A stretch of 64,000 nt of DNA from an uncultured Actinomycetota bacterium (GCA_963848795.1 CAWKEX010000006.1:30340-94339); one strand, 5' to 3'. Positions 1-11,400 are shown, counted from the first letter of the stretch. Translations and numbers: made by a program. Notes: generated by a model not told the origin, from the sequence alone.

Positions 1-49
1 GTAGGCGGCCCCACATCGCGGGCTTCCACTCCACCTGGAAGGCTCATCC

Positions 50-259
50 ATGGCCAAGGCGCTGATCGGTTACATGAACAGCGACCTGCGGACCCCCGCC
101 CGACTGACAGCCGAGAACACGCGGCTGCGCACCCGGGTGGCCGAGCTCGAGGCACTCGTGCTGCGCCTCTCGCAGGAGAACGACGCACTCGCCGCCGCTC
201 ACGCGGACGCACTTCTCGATCTCGGGTCCGAGACAATGCAGGAGATGCAGCCCGCCTGA
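50..259 (+). CDS. small coiled-coil hypothetical protein (69 aa)
   Basis: Clean ORF with GGAAGG RBS; heptad-like segment LTAENTRLRTRVAELEALVLRL. Confidence 0.7.
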   Translation: MAKALIGYMNSDLRTPARLTAENTRLRTRVAELEALVLRLSQENDALAAAHADALLDLGSETMQEMQPA

Positions 260-315
260 CCGGCGGCATTGCACGGACGGCGTGACCGAAGTCACGTCGC
301 CTCGTTGAGTCGTGC

Positions 316-1835
316 ATGCGCAGACTCATCATCCTCGCCGCCGGCCTGACCGTCGGCGCCTCCCTGGCCATCGCCCCGCCCTGCCTCCGCCCACGGTGAC
401 AAGGGGGCCGACCTGCGGGAGCTGCGGACCTCGCTCCTCGCCGCAGGCGACGACACCCCGATGCGCAGCGGCAACGTCCAGCACCTCGCGACCAAACCCG
501 GAACGGCCGGGATCTCGGGCTGCTTCATGAAGACGGCCCCGCTGTTCGTGACCAGCGGGCTCGAGTCGGTCCGGGTGTGGAACGTCAAGGACGCCACCAA
601 CCCCACCCAGGTCGGCGTGCTGCCCAACGCGGTGTTCGAGAACGAGGCGATGAACTGCGGCGAGCGCCGTACCGACGACGGCAAGCGGCAGGTTCGCGCT
701 GATCGGCGTCGACCTGTACCAGGCGTCGCCGAGCTGATCCCCAGCACGTCAATGCGGGCGGCAACGAGCTGGTCGTGGTCGACGTGACCGACCCCGCCGC
801 TCCCGCCATCGTGGGCCGTGCCCCGGCGCACGACCAGCACCCACACGGTCGCCTGCGTGGACGAGTACGACTGCCGCTACGCCTACTCCGCGGGCGACAG
901 CAGCTCCGGGACCTTCTCGATCATCGACCTGCGCAACATCGAGAAGCCGAAGGAGGTCGACAGCAACCCCCGCAAGGCGGGCGTCCAGCCCTTCCACTCG
1001 CCGACGGCCGGGCACAAGTGGAACTTCGACAACGCGGGCATCGGCACCCACACCGGCTTCGACGGCTCCTCGATGTGGAACGTCGACCGCCCGCGAGCGC
1101 CCCCGGCTGCTCGCCACCACCGGCAAGGCCGGCGGCGCAGGCGACGCCGACGGTGCCAACGGCTACAACGACTTCATCCACCACAACTCCTTCCGGCCCA
1201 ACGCGAAGAACTTCCGGGCCCACAGCCGGCCCTCCCTCGCCAACGGCAACGTGCTGCTGGTGACCGAGGAGGACTACGAGCAGACCGACTGCACCAAGGC
1301 CGGGTCGTTCCAGACGTGGCACATCAAGAGCCTCAACGGCGGCCGCGGGTGGCATCGTCCCGCTCGACAAGGTCGAGCTCTCCGACCTCGGCAACTTCCC
1401 GAGCCCGCAGGGCGCGTTCTGCTCGGCTCACTGGTTCGACTACCGGCCCGGCGGGATCGTGGCCATCGGCTACTACGGCGGCGGGACCCAGTTCATCGAC
1501 GTCCGCGACCCCCAGCGCCTGAAGTCGCACGGCTACGCCCACTGGGGCGCCTCCCAGGTGTGGGACGCCATGTGGGTCCCGGTCTACGACGGCCAGGGAG
1601 ACCAGACCGGCGCGAGCAGCAACGTCGTGTATCTCCGTCGACCTGGTCCGCGGCCTCGACGTCTACTCCGTCGACGTGCCCGGCGACGGTCGTGGCGTCG
1701 AACCCGTACCCGTCCGCGACGGCCGACCGCTCGGTCGTGGGCCAGATCTCGAACGGTGCGGTGCCGATCGGTCTGGTCGGGGGCGCGCTCGCCCTCGTCG
1801 TCGCCGTACGCCGGCGGACCCGCCGGCAGGACTGA
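316..1835 (+). CDS. secreted LVIVD-repeat (beta-propeller-like) protein with C-terminal membrane anchor; several frameshifts
   Basis: Signal peptide MRRLIILAAGLTVGASLAIA from ATG 316; fragments VRVWNVKDATNP, VVDVTDPAAP, FSIIDLRN, LLVTEEDY, FCSAHWF, GYYGGGTQFIDVRDP in alternating frames; C-terminal hydrophobic helix plus RRRTRR tail. Confidence 0.7.
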
Positions 1836-1868
1836 CCGGCCGGCCTCCTCGAGGCCGGAGCGGGCGAG

Positions 1869-1894
1869 GTACTAGACCGAAAGCCCGATGGCGC
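1869..1894 (+). promoter_or_regulatory. 26-bp motif upstream of the two-component operon (candidate response-regulator site)
   Basis: GTACTAGACCGAAAGCCCGATGGCGC; near-identical inverted copy at 4494-4519. Confidence 0.55.
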
Positions 1895-1949
1895 GGGGAC
1901 CGTCGCGGCGCGAGACCGTGGGTTTCTCGGCCAAGGAACGGACCCCCCG

Positions 1950-2213
1950 ATGCTCAGGTTTGCGCTCATGCTCGCGGCGTTGATGCTCGCCGTCATGCCC
2001 GCGGCCCTTGGCCTGATCCGGAACGCCTCGTTCACCCCCGAGACGCCGGTGAGGATCCCCGAGCGGAGCAGCATCGAGATGCCTCCCGAGCGGCGGCAGC
2101 CCGACCCGGAGGTCGACGAGCGTAAAGCTGGCAAGGAAGATCGCGATTCCCGGCGCACCGAGGGCCGACAGGCGCACAATGAAGGGGATGACCGACCAGC
2201 ACACCGTCCGTGA
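1950..2213 (+). CDS. small single-pass membrane or secreted protein, coupled to the sensor kinase
   Basis: AAGGA RBS, hydrophobic N-terminus, charged tail; stop overlaps the kinase GTG (GTGA). Confidence 0.6.
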   Translation: MLRFALMLAALMLAVMPAALGLIRNASFTPETPVRIPERSSIEMPPERRQPDPEVDERKAGKEDRDSRRTEGRQAHNEGDDRPAHRP

Positions 2214-3633
2214 CCGGCGCCGCTGAGGGTGCCGAGGCCCCGTCGTGGGTCCAGGTCTCCTACGGCGCGCCCCCGCGGGACCGTGGGCCGGAACGCACCG
2301 GCAGGGTGCTCGGATGGGTCGCGGTCGCCGCTTTGGTCGCCCTGGTCGCGGTCGCCATCGCTGGCTTCTTCGCTGCCCAGGAGCTGGCGGAGGCGGAGGC
2401 CGTCCACGACGCCGTCGACACCAGCGACCTCCTCGCCGAGGCCGTCATCACCCCCGCGCTGCAGGACGACCTGATCGACGGGGGACCGGCCGAAGCCGCC
2501 CGTCGAAGCCCTGGACGAGGCGGTCGACGACTACATCAAGGAGTCCGATGCGACCTCGATCGTCCGGGTGAAGATCTGGACCGCCGACGGACGCATCGTC
2601 TACTCCGACGAGCCGAAGCTCATCGGCGAGACCTTCCCGCTCGGCGAGGAGGAGCGGGAGATGCTCAGCTGCGCCGACCGCCCGGACGCCATCTGCGCCG
2701 CCCGTGCCGAGGTCTCCGACCTGAGCGAGGGGGAGAACACGTTCGAGCGCGACTATCGGCCAAGCATGCTCGAGGTCTACGGGCCGGTCTGGACGCCGGA
2801 ACCGGACACCCCGCTGCTGTTCGAGACCTATGCGCCCTACACGACGTCGTCGATCAGCGGTCAGGGGACCTGTGGCGCGGATTCGCCGGGGTGACGGTCA
2901 GCAGCCTGCTGTTCTTCACCGTGCTGCTGCTGCCGATCGTGTGGCGGCTCCTCGGGCGGCTCAAGCGCTCCCAGAGACCAACGCGAGGAGCTGCTCGAGC
3001 GAGCCGTGGACGCATCGATCGAGGAGCGGCGCCGGATCGCCGGCACCCTGCACGACGGGGTGGTGCAGGAGCTCGCCGCCACCTCCTTCACGGTGGCCGG
3101 TGCCGCCGCGAGGGCCGAGACCCACGGCGACACGCGGATGGCCGAGGACCTGCACGGGGTCGCCGGGACGCTGCGCTCCAGCATCGGTGGCCTGCGTTCG
3201 CTGCTGGTGGACATCTTCCCCGCGAACCTGCGCACCGGCGGCCTCGCGGACGCGCTCGCCGACCTCGCCGCGCCGCTGCGCTCGCGCGGCATCGAGGTGA
3301 CGCTGGACCTGGAGCAGGACGTCATCGACCTGGACCCCGATGTCGAGCGCCTGGTCTTCCGGATCACCCAGGAGTGCCTCCACAACGTGCGACGGCACTC
3401 CGGTGCGAGCAGCGTGCGGATCGCCTGGCGATCGGAGGGGGAGGAGATGGTGCTGGACGTCGTGGACGACGGGCGGGGATTCGACCCCGCAGACGTCCTC
3501 GACCCGTCCGCGGGAGGGCCACTTCGGAGTCCGGGTGCTCGCCGACGTGGCGTCGGCTGCGGGTGCCGACCTGTCGGTCTCCACGGCGCCGGGAGCAGGC
3601 TGCCACTGGCGGCTTCGGGTGCCGCGCCGGTGA
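2210..3633 (+). CDS. sensor histidine kinase (HisKA_3/NarX-like), frameshifted
   Basis: Two TM helices, H-box ERRRIAGTLHDGVVQ, N-box QECLHNVRRHS, DDGRGF and HFGVRVL across frames. Confidence 0.88.
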
Positions 3634-4259
3634 TCGGCGTACTGGTGGTCGACGACCATCCCCTGGTGCGGGCAGGCCTCGCCGGGCTGATCGGTTCGAC
3701 CACCGACGACATCAGCGTCCTCGGCGAAGCAGGAGGCGGCGAGGAGGCCGTCGGGCTGGCCGCGGAGCTGCAGCCCGACGTCGTGCTGATGGACCTGTCG
3801 ATGCCCGGTCTCGACGGCATCGAGTCCACCCGGCGCCTGTTCGCCGACGGGTACGACGGCGCGGTCGTGGTCCTCACCTCGTTCAAGGAGACCGACCGGG
3901 TCGCCGAGGCGCTCGCCGCGGGCGCGGTCGGGTACCTGCTCAAGGACGGCGAGCCGGGCGACGTGCTGGCCGCGATCCGGGCGGCTGCCGCCGGCCACGC
4001 GCCGCTCGACCCGCGGGTCGCCCGCGCGCTGCTGCCCGACCGTGCCCCGGCCCCGGGCGCGGGTCTGAGCGCGCGCGAGCTCCAGGTGCTCCGGCTGGTG
4101 GCGCGGGGCATGGCGAACAAGCAGATCGCCCGGCGGCTCGAGATCAGCGAGCGGACCGTCAAGGTCCACCTCGGCAACGTGTTCCGCAGGATCGGGGTGG
4201 CCGACCGCACCAGTGCGGCGATCTGGGCTCGGGACCACCTGCCGGCCGAGGACCTCTGA
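3630..4259 (+). CDS. NarL/LuxR-family DNA-binding response regulator
   Basis: VLVVDDHPLVRAG, PDVVLMDLSMP, GYLLK, HTH LSARELQVL...GMANKQIA...TVKVHL. Confidence 0.93.
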   Translation: MIGVLVVDDHPLVRAGLAGLIGSTTDDISVLGEAGGGEEAVGLAAELQPDVVLMDLSMPGLDGIESTRRLFADGYDGAVVVLTSFKETDRVAEALAAGAVGYLLKDGEPGDVLAAIRAAAAGHAPLDPRVARALLPDRAPAPGAGLSARELQVLRLVARGMANKQIARRLEISERTVKVHLGNVFRRIGVADRTSAAIWARDHLPAEDL

Positions 4260-4339
4260 TCGGCCTGAGAAGCCGCTCACGCGGGAGCGGCGAGCAATCG
4301 CCTGAAGGGCCAGTGATGGGGAAGGGCTCCGGTGAGGAG

Positions 4340-4463
4340 CTGACCCACGACACCCGGGACGGGGGGACGGGGTGGGGCGCCCCGGGTGTCGTGCGGGTCA
4401 GGCTGCGGACCTGACGGGGAGCCCAACCTGCGAGTGAACTCCACCGCCCGGTCGGTAGCTGAT
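4340..4463 (-). ncRNA. candidate small RNA with long stem and C-rich loop
   Basis: Stem 4340-4358 pairs with 4381-4401; minus-strand loop CGCCCCACCCCGTCCCCCCGT; -10-like CACGAT at 4475-4470 downstream of the inverted motif. Confidence 0.35.
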
Positions 4464-4493
4464 AGGACAATCGTGGTCGTCGGCCGGTATGAA

Positions 4494-4519
4494 GCGCCAT
4501 CGGGCTTTGGTACTAGTAC
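4494..4519 (-). promoter_or_regulatory. second, inverted copy of the 26-bp motif
   Basis: Minus strand reads GTACTAGTACCAAAGCCCGATGGCGC. Confidence 0.55.
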
Positions 4520-4573
4520 GAATGTTAGGGTCCCCTTAACGCCGTTGAGTGCGTCCCCGCCGGCGACTAGCGT

Positions 4574-5827
4574 GTGCGGACTGTGAGCCGTCTCGTGGAA
4601 GCCGTCGTTCCGGCTCGCTTCGGCACGGGATTCCGGTGGCTGCTGGCCTCGTCGTGGGTGAGCAACCTCGGGGACGGCCTGATGCTGGCAGCGGGACCGC
4701 TGTTGGTCGCGTCGCAGACCCACAACCCCCTACTGGTGGCGGGCGCAGCTGTGGCCTCGCAGTTGCCGTGGCTGGTCTTCGGACTCGTGGCCGGGGCACT
4801 GGCCGACCGGCTCGACAGGCGCCTGATCGTGATCGTGGTGGACGCGCTCCGCGCGATCATCCTCGCCGGGCTGTGCGTCGTGATCGTCACCGGGCGGGTG
4901 GACATCACGCTGGTCCTGGTCGCGATGTTGGCGCTCGGCACGGCCGAGGTCTTCGCCGATGCCACCACCGGCACGCTCACACCGATGCTGGTCGAAAAGG
5001 CCGACCTCGGCATCGCCAACGCCCGGATCATGGCCGGCTTCGTCACCGTCAATCAGCTCATCGGCCCGGCGATCGGGGCGTTCCTGTTCGCGGTGGGCAT
5101 GGCGGTGCCGTTCGTCGTCCAGGCCAGCTGCGTCGCTCTCGCGGCCGTGCTGGTCAGCCGGATCGGGACGCCCAAGGGCGCCGTGCGCGAGAACGTCGAC
5201 ACCCATGTCCGACAGGACATCGTCGAGGGGGTGCGCTGGCTGATCGGCCACCGCCCCGTGCGGACGCTCGCGCTGGTGATCGTCACTTTCAACATCACCT
5301 GGGCCGCGCCCTGGTCGGTGCTGGTGCTGTGGGCGCTCCAACGCGTCGGCATCGAGGAGGCAGGCTTCGGCCTGCTCATGAGCGCCACTGCGCTGGGCGG
5401 GCTGGTGAGCACGATGAGCTACGGATGGCTGGAGCGCCGGGTGCCGCTCGCCCTGCTGATGCGCCTCGTGCTCGGGTGCGAGGTCGTCTTCCATCTCGCG
5501 ATGGCGCTGACGACGTCGCCGTGGACGGCGTACCCGCTGATGTTCTTCTTCGGCGCCTACGCGTTCGTGTGGGCAACGCTGTCCAACGCGGTACGGCAGC
5601 GGGCGGTGCCGACCGAGTTCCAGGGCAGGGTCGGCTCGGTCTACATGATCTGCGTGATGGGCGGGATGCTCATCGGCTCGTTCCTCGGGGGCGTGATCGC
5701 GCAATGGGGCGGGATCGCGGCGCCGTGGTGGTTCGCGTTCATCGGGTCGGGGCTCACCCTGCTTCTGGTCTGGCGGGAGCTCGGACACATCGCTCACGCG
5801 GACGAGGAAGCCGTCGCCGCGGCGTGA
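4574..5827 (+). CDS. MFS transporter
   Basis: Intact 417 aa ORF, multiple TM segments, MFS motif A GALADRLDRR. Confidence 0.92.
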   Translation: MRTVSRLVEAVVPARFGTGFRWLLASSWVSNLGDGLMLAAGPLLVASQTHNPLLVAGAAVASQLPWLVFGLVAGALADRLDRRLIVIVVDALRAIILAGLCVVIVTGRVDITLVLVAMLALGTAEVFADATTGTLTPMLVEKADLGIANARIMAGFVTVNQLIGPAIGAFLFAVGMAVPFVVQASCVALAAVLVSRIGTPKGAVRENVDTHVRQDIVEGVRWLIGHRPVRTLALVIVTFNITWAAPWSVLVLWALQRVGIEEAGFGLLMSATALGGLVSTMSYGWLERRVPLALLMRLVLGCEVVFHLAMALTTSPWTAYPLMFFFGAYAFVWATLSNAVRQRAVPTEFQGRVGSVYMICVMGGMLIGSFLGGVIAQWGGIAAPWWFAFIGSGLTLLLVWRELGHIAHADEEAVAAA

Positions 5828-5843
5828 GTGGTTGCATGGGCGT

Positions 5844-7209
5844 ATGAACGCGCTCGCCGAGCTGACCGGGTCCCTGCCCGACAAGCGTGGTCGTCACCGA
5901 CCCCGAGGCGATGCGAGAAGTACCGCTTCGACTGGACCCGCGACTCCTCTGCCGGCACCCCGCTCGCGGTCGTCCGCGCCGAGAGTGCCGAGCACGTCCA
6001 GACCGCCGTCCGGTGGGCCGCGGAGCACCGGATCCCGGTGGTCCCGCGCGGGGCCGGGACCGGCCTGTCCGGAGGGTCGACCGCGGTCGACGGCGGGATC
6101 GTGCTCAGCCTCGAGCGCATGCGCGCCATCGAGGATCGACACCGACTGCCAGGTCGCCGTCGTCGAGCCGGGAGCCTTCAACGCCGAGGTGAAGGCGGCC
6201 GCGGCCGAGCACGGCCTGTGGTACCCGCCCGACCCGTCGTCGTACGAGATCTGCTCGATCGGCGGCAACGTCGCCACCAACGCCGGTGGCCTGTGCTGCG
6301 TGAAGTACGGCGTGACCACCGACTACGTCCTCGGCCTCGACGTCGTGCTCGCCGACGGCACGCTGGTCACGCTCGGTGGCAAGCGGATCAAGGACGTCGC
6401 CGGCCTGTCGCTGGTCAAGCTGTTCGTCGGCAGCGAGGGCACGCTCGGGATCGTGACTCGGGCAGTCCTGCGGCTGGTGCCGGCGCAGGCGGCCCGCTCG
6501 ACCCTGGTGGCGACGTTCCCGACCGTGGACGCCGCGGCCCGCGCGGTCGTCGCCGTACGCCGCACCATGCGGCCCTCGATGCTGGAGCTCATGGACCGCG
6601 GCACGATCAATGCGGTGGAGGACTACCAGCCCATGGGGCTCGACCGGTCGACGGGGGCGATGCTGGTGGCGCAGTCCGACGCCCCGGGGGTCGCGCGCAG
6701 CGACGAGACCGAGCTGATGCGAACTGCCTGCGAGGCCTCGGGCGCCTCGGAGGTGTTCGTGACCGACGACGCCGATGAGGGTGAGATGTTCGTCCAGGCC
6801 CGTCGGATGGCGATCCCCGCCGTCGAGGCGCGGGGTGCCCTGCTGCTCGAGGACGTCGGGGTGCCGGTCCCGACCCTGCCCAAGCTGTTCGAGGCGATCG
6901 CCGACATCGCGGCGAGCCATTCCCTGGAGATCCCGGTGATCGCGCACGCCGGCGACGGCAACACCCACCCCCTGATCCTCTACGACGCCGGCGACTCCGC
7001 CGCCGAGGCGCGGGCACGCGCGGCGTTCGCCGAGATGATGCGCCGGACCATCGCGCTGGGCGGCACCATCACCGGCGAGCACGGCGTGGGGCGCAGCCGC
7101 AGAGCGGCACTGCCCGAGCAGCTCGGGCCCGGAGGTGATGGCGCTGACCCGGAGGGTCAAGGACGCTCTCGACCCGGACGGGATCCTCAACCCCGGCGCC
7201 ATCCTCTAG
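5844..7209 (+). CDS. FAD-linked oxidase, GlcD/D-lactate dehydrogenase family; frameshifted
   Basis: VVPRGAGTGLSGG, YPPDPSS, IGGNVATNAGG, GSEGTLG, HAGDGNTH, GTITGEHGVG, ILNPG. Confidence 0.88.
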
Positions 7210-7219
7210 CGTCGGGGCC

Positions 7220-8317
7220 ATGATCCGCGAACGGAAGCTCTTCGGCCCCGGCCCGTCCAATCCCTACCCCGAGGCCACCGCCGCGCTCGGGCTCCCGCTG
7301 CTCGGACACCTCGACCCGGCCTTCATCGAGCTCATGGACGAGACCTGCGACATGCTGCGTCAGGTGTGGGGCACGACCAACGCCCGCACCCTGCCCATCT
7401 CCGCCACGGGGTCGGCGGGCATGGAGGCCGCGTTCGTCAACACCGTCCATCCCGGTGACGTCGTGGTCGTCGCGGTCAACGGGCTCTTCGGCCAGCGGAT
7501 GTGCGACGTGGCCGCACGCTGTGGGGCCGAGGTGGTCCCGGTCGAGCACGAGTGGGGCGAGCCGGTCGACGTCGAGCGGGTGCTTGGTGCCCACGACGCG
7601 CCGGCGATCATCGCGGCGGTTCACGCCGAGACCTCGACCGGGGTGCGCTCCGACATCGCCGCGCTCGGTGCGGCCAAGGGCGACGCCCTGCTGGTCGTGG
7701 ACGCCGTCACCAGCATCGGCGGCATCGAGCTGCTGGCCGACGACTGGGGGATCGACGTGGGGTACGCCGGCACCCAGAAGTGCCTGGGCGTCGCCCCCGG
7801 CCTCGCGCCGTTCACGATCAACGACCGGGCGTTCGAGCGCCGGGTCGAGAAGCCGCAGTCGTGGTACCTCGACCTCGGACTCCTCGGGGGGTACGTCGGC
7901 GAGGCCAGCGGCAGGTCCGGCGGACGGACCTACCACCACACCGCCCCGGTGGCGATGGTCGCGAGCCTGCACGGCGGGCTGACCCGGATCCTCGACGAGG
8001 GGCTGGAGAACGTCTGGGCGCGCCACGAGGAGGCGGGTCGGCTCCTCCAGGACGGCCTCGAGGAGATGGGCCTCGAGCTGTTCGCGGCCAAGGGGCACCG
8101 GCTGCCCGAGCTGACCACCGTGAAGGTGCCGGAGGGGGTCGACGCGGCCGCCGTCCGCCGCCACCTCCTCGAGCGGCACGACATCGAGATCGGTGCCGGT
8201 GCCGGCGAGTTCGCCAGCACGGTGTGGCGGATCGGGCTGATGGGCCACAACGCCCGCCCGGACGCCGTACTGCTCGTCCTCGCCGCCCTCCGGGACGCCT
8301 CGCCGCCCACGCTCTGA
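7220..8317 (+). CDS. class V PLP aminotransferase (alanine/serine-glyoxylate aminotransferase family)
   Basis: LFGPGPS, HAETSTG, VDAVTS, GTQKCLG (PLP lysine), YHHTAP, WRIGLMG. Confidence 0.9.
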   Translation: MIRERKLFGPGPSNPYPEATAALGLPLLGHLDPAFIELMDETCDMLRQVWGTTNARTLPISATGSAGMEAAFVNTVHPGDVVVVAVNGLFGQRMCDVAARCGAEVVPVEHEWGEPVDVERVLGAHDAPAIIAAVHAETSTGVRSDIAALGAAKGDALLVVDAVTSIGGIELLADDWGIDVGYAGTQKCLGVAPGLAPFTINDRAFERRVEKPQSWYLDLGLLGGYVGEASGRSGGRTYHHTAPVAMVASLHGGLTRILDEGLENVWARHEEAGRLLQDGLEEMGLELFAAKGHRLPELTTVKVPEGVDAAAVRRHLLERHDIEIGAGAGEFASTVWRIGLMGHNARPDAVLLVLAALRDASPPTL

Positions 8318-8424
8318 GGCACACGACCCACCTCCGCGGAATCGCCGGACCCGACAGGTAGGGTGAGCCGCGCTGAGCTTCCCCGCGCCTTCAGCGACCG
8401 TTCGCCTTGGTGAGGAGCCCCGCG

Positions 8425-11400
8425 TTGTACCTGAAGAGCCTGACCCTGAAGGGGTTCAAGTCCTTCGCCTCCTCGACCACCCTGCAGCTCGAGCCCGGCA
8501 TCACCTGCGTCGTCGGGCCGAACGGCTCGGGCAAGTCCAACGTCGTGGACGCCCTGGCCTGGGTGATGGGCGAGCAGGGGGCCAAGTCGCTGCGCGGCGG
8601 CAAGATGGAGGACGTCATCTTCGCCGGCACGCCCGGGCGGCCCCCGCTGGGTCGCGCCGAGGTGCTGCTGACGATCGACAACACCGACGGGGCGCTCCCG
8701 ATCGAGTACTCCGAGGTCACGATCAGCCGGACCATGTTCCGCAGCGGCGGGTCCGAGTACGCCATCAACTCCCAACCCTGTCGCCTGCTCGACGTCCAGG
8801 AGCTGCTCAGCGACTCCGGCATCGGCCGCGAGATGCACGTGATCGTCGGGCAGGGCCAGCTCGACTCGATCCTGCACGCCACGCCCGAGGACCGACGCGG
8901 CTTCATCGAGGAGGCCGCCGGCGTCCTCAAGCACCGCAAGCGCAAGGAGAAGGCGCTCCGCAAGCTCGACGCCACCGACGGCAACCTCAACCGCCTCAAC
9001 GACCTGCTCGGTGAGATCCGGCGCCAGCTGAAGCCGCTGGGGCGCCAGGCGGAGGTGGCCCGCCGTGCGGCCGGCGTCCAGGCCGACGTCCGTGACGCCC
9101 GCGCCCGGCTGCATCGCCGACGACCTGGTCATCGCCCGCACCGCACTCGAGCAGGAGCTCGCCGACGAGACGATCCTGGTCGAGCGCCGGGCCGAGGTGG
9201 AGGCAGCCATCGCCCGCGCCCGCGAGGCCGAGGCCGGCCTCGAAGCCGGCCTGCGCGACGACCTGCCGGTCCTGGCCGGCGCCCAGGAGACCTGGTTCGC
9301 GCTGAGCGGGCTCCGCGAGCGGCTCCGCGGCACCCAGTCCCTCGCCGCCGAGCGCGTGCGCAACGCCGGTGCCGTCGAGGAGCCCGTCGACTCCGGACGC
9401 GACCCCGACCAGCTGGACGCCGAGGCGTCCCGGTTCGCCGAGCAGGAGCAGGCGATCGGTGCCGAGGTCGAGCAGCAGCGGGCCGCCCTCGAGCAGGCGC
9501 TGGCTGCCCGGCGGACCGCCGAGGACGCCGCCGCCGAGGAGGAACGCCGGATCGCCGGCCTCCATCGTGCCGCCGCCGACCGACGCGAAGGGCCTGGCCC
9601 GGCTGCACGGCCAGGTCAACGCGCTCAAGTCGCGTGCCGCCGCGGCGGACGACGAGCTCGCCCGCCTCGGCCAGGCACGCGAGGACGCCCGGGCCCGCGC
9701 CGAGCGTGCCCAGCGTGACTTCACCAGCCTCGAGACCCGGGTCGCCGGCCTCGACGCCGGCGAGGAGGGGCTCGACGCCGAGCACGAGGCGGCCACCGCC
9801 GCCCTCGGCGACATCGAGGAACGGCTCGCGAAGGCGCGCGACGAGGCGCAGCAGGCCGATCGCGACCGGGCCTCGCTCCTCGCGCGTCGCGACGCCCTCG
9901 AGATGGGCCTCAGCCCGCCGGGACGGCGCCTCCGCGCTGCTCGCCGCCTCCGACTCCGTGTCCGGCCTGCTCGGCTCCGTGGCCGCGCTGCTGTCGGTGC
10001 GTGCCGGGTTCGAGACCGCCGTGGCCGGGGCCCTGGGCTCCGCCGCCGACGCGGTCGCCGTCCGCGACGCCGACGCCGCCGTCGAGGCACTCGGGCTCCT
10101 CAAGACCGACGACCTCGGCCGAGCCGGGCTGCTGCTCGGAGGTGGCGCGGCCACAGACCGCGACTGGCCAGGGCTGCCGGCTCACGCGACGTACGCCGTC
10201 GACGTGGTGGACTGCCCGGCCGACCTGCGCGGGGCCCTGAACCGGCTCCTGTTCAAGGTCGCCGTCGTCGACGACCTCGACGCCGCTCGCGCACTGGTGG
10301 CCGAGCTGCCCGACCTGACCGCGGTGACCCGCGACGGTGACGTCTTCGGGACCCACTTCGCCTCGGGCGGCTCCTCGAGCCAGCCCAGCCTGATCGAGAT
10401 CCAGGCCGCGGTCGACGAGGCGGCGACCCAGCTGGCGCGAGGCGACGGCCAGCTCCGAGCGGCTCGCCTTCGACATGTCCCGGCTCGAGGCCGAGCGGCT
10501 GGAGGCGCAGAAGCGGGTCGACGTCGCGCTGGCCCGGCTGCACGAGTCGGACGCGACGCTCGCGGCCGTGGCGGAGGAGCTCGGCCAGTACGGCTCCCAG
10601 GCTCGGGCAGCCCGAGCCGAGGCCGAGCGGGTCACCGCCGCCATCACCCGGGCCGAGGAGGCCCGCGACCAGGACCTGGCCGGCCTGGCCGAGCTCGAGG
10701 CGCGGCTGGCGACGGCGGACGACGCCACCGACGAGGAGCCGGACACCAGCGAGCGCGAGCGGCTCGTCGACGCGGCGCGCAGCTCTCGGCAGGCCGAGAT
10801 GGACGCCCGGCTGGCGGTGCGCACCTCCGAGGAGCGTGCGCGAGCCCTCCACGGCCGGGCCGACTCGCTGCGGCGGGCGGCCCAGGCCGAGCGCGAGGCC
10901 CGGGCCCGCGCGGCCGAGCGGCGCGAGCGGCTGGTCCGCGAGGGCCGGGCGGCCGAGGCCGTCGGGGTCGCCGTCGCGGTGGTGCTGCACCGGCTGGAGG
11001 ACTCCGTGCGCCGAGCGGCGCAGGCGCGCACCGAGCTCGAGGAGGCCCGGCGGAGGCGCGAGCAGGAGCTCATGGCCGTCCGCGCCACGCTCCGCGACCT
11101 GGACCGCGAGCACGACGAGCTGGTCAACTCCGTGCACCGCGACGAGATGGCGCGGGCGCAGCAGCGGATGCGGATCGAGCAGCTCGAGGAGCGCGCGCTG
11201 GAGGAGCTCGGGCTGGACCCGGACGGCCTCGTCGCCGACTACGGCCCCGACCAGCTGGTGCCGCGTTCCGATCGGCGAGGTCGCCGAGGGGGACGGCGAG
11301 CAGACACCCGAACCGGTCCCGTTCGTCCGGGAGGAGCAGCAGAAGCGGCTGCGGACCGCCGAGCGCGCGCTGTCCATGCTCGGGCGGGTCAACCCGCTCG

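Noticed and set aside
3006-4259. Apparent hybrid kinase-response regulator ORF
   Set aside because: The kinase G2 box (HFGVRVL) lies in another frame that ends at a GTGA overlap (3630-3633), so these are two genes joined by an indel.
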